Virus record (IMG/VR): IMGVR_UViG_3300045988_064381
Span: 1 to 41,393 of that record
Source: a virus
Direction: 5' to 3' (one strand)
DNA: 41,393 nucleotides
Positions 41,067 through 41,393 of this stretch are shown in pieces. Both the position numbers and the translations under genes were made by a program. Position 1 is the first letter of the stretch, and every line of letters begins with the position of its first letter. The notes beneath the pieces are model-generated. The model was not told the DNA's origin and did not search any database. It worked only from the letters and a program-made list of their open reading frames with translations.

Positions 41067-41393
41067 AGAAATATGAACTAACGACCGATACGAAAGTTAT
41101 TTTTGGCAAGAAGTATTTTAGGATAAGAGCTCTTGTAGATTTTGGCACTGTATTGAAAGGAGACTTGGGTGGTTACATCGAAAGTGAGGACAATTTACCA
41201 AACGACACCAAATATGGAGAGGCTTGGGTAGGTGGCAACGCTCGTGTAGATGGCGAGGCTTGGGTAGATGGCAACGCTCGTGTAGATGGCGAGGCTTGGG
41301 TAGATGGTGACGCTTATGTAGGTGGTGAGGCTCATATAGATGGCAAGGCTCATGTAGGTGGTGAGGCTCATATAGATGGCAAGGCTCATGTAG
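41063..41393 (+). CDS. N-terminal part of the hexapeptide repeat protein; runs off the window end and continues at 1..477
   Basis: ATGA overlap start. It begins MKKYELTTDTKVIFGKKYFRIRALVDFGTVLKGDLGGYIESEDNLPNDTKYGEAWVGGNARVDGEAWVDG... and has no stop before 41393. It is missing from the ORF track. Confidence 0.7.
   Translation, partial: MKKYELTTDTKVIFGKKYFRIRALVDFGTVLKGDLGGYIESEDNLPNDTKYGEAWVGGNARVDGEAWVDGNARVDGEAWVDGDAYVGGEAHIDGKAHVGGEAHIDGKAHV
41339..41393. repeat. Terminal direct repeat, identical to 1..55
   Basis: 55/55 identity; it lies inside 18/36-nt coding tandem repeats. Confidence 0.95.

Larger units (their letters stand above)
1..41393. mobile_element. Temperate tailed-phage genome (siphovirus-like gene order) or excised prophage, apparently circularly closed
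   Basis: It has full packaging, head, tail and lysis modules, a serine integrase with CI/Cro-like switch, and a replication module. Coding is dense, with coupled ORFs and Firmicutes-type AGGAGG-like RBSs. The two ends share 55 identical nt. Confidence 0.85.

Noticed and set aside
41195-41389. A minus-strand 64-aa ORF with a striking MSLAIYMSLTTY repeat.
   Set aside because: It is the antisense reading of the hexapeptide-repeat gene. The periodicity comes from the + strand coding repeat.
1-41393. A search for reverse transcriptase/DGR, homing endonucleases, introns, toxin-antitoxin pairs and known defence-system hallmarks.
   Set aside because: I recognised no RT (YxDD), HNH, GIY-YIG or LAGLIDADG motif, no split genes apart from the PolB start issue, and no signature of a known defence system.

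Overview
The window looks like a complete temperate tailed-phage (siphovirus-like) genome or excised prophage from a low-GC Gram-positive, probably clostridial, host. The first 55 nt are identical to the last 55 nt, so it is probably a circularly closed assembly of about 41.34 kb, cut inside a tandem-repeat gene. Almost everything is on the + strand. The order is: switch and early genes (Cro-like, SLT transglycosylase, beta-helix repeat protein); replication and recombination (resolvase-like nuclease, SF2 helicase, C5-methyltransferase, family B polymerase running in frame into an ERF annealing protein, YqaJ-like exonuclease, prim-pol, D5/P4 primase-helicase); terS; a 5-kb accessory island; then terL, portal, scaffold, capsid, connectors, tail tube, G/GT chaperone with a -1 slippery site, tape measure, distal tail, holin and an amidase endolysin with CWB2 repeats. 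The lysogeny module (large serine integrase, CI-like repressor) is on the - strand. I saw no rRNA, tRNA or CRISPR. The main items for follow-up are the self-regulated island between terS and terL, the PolB start anomaly and PolB-ERF continuity, three repeat arrays in non-coding DNA, a promoter-plus-terminator unit before the portal gene, and face-to-face switch promoters. Family names come from motif recognition by eye, not from database searches.
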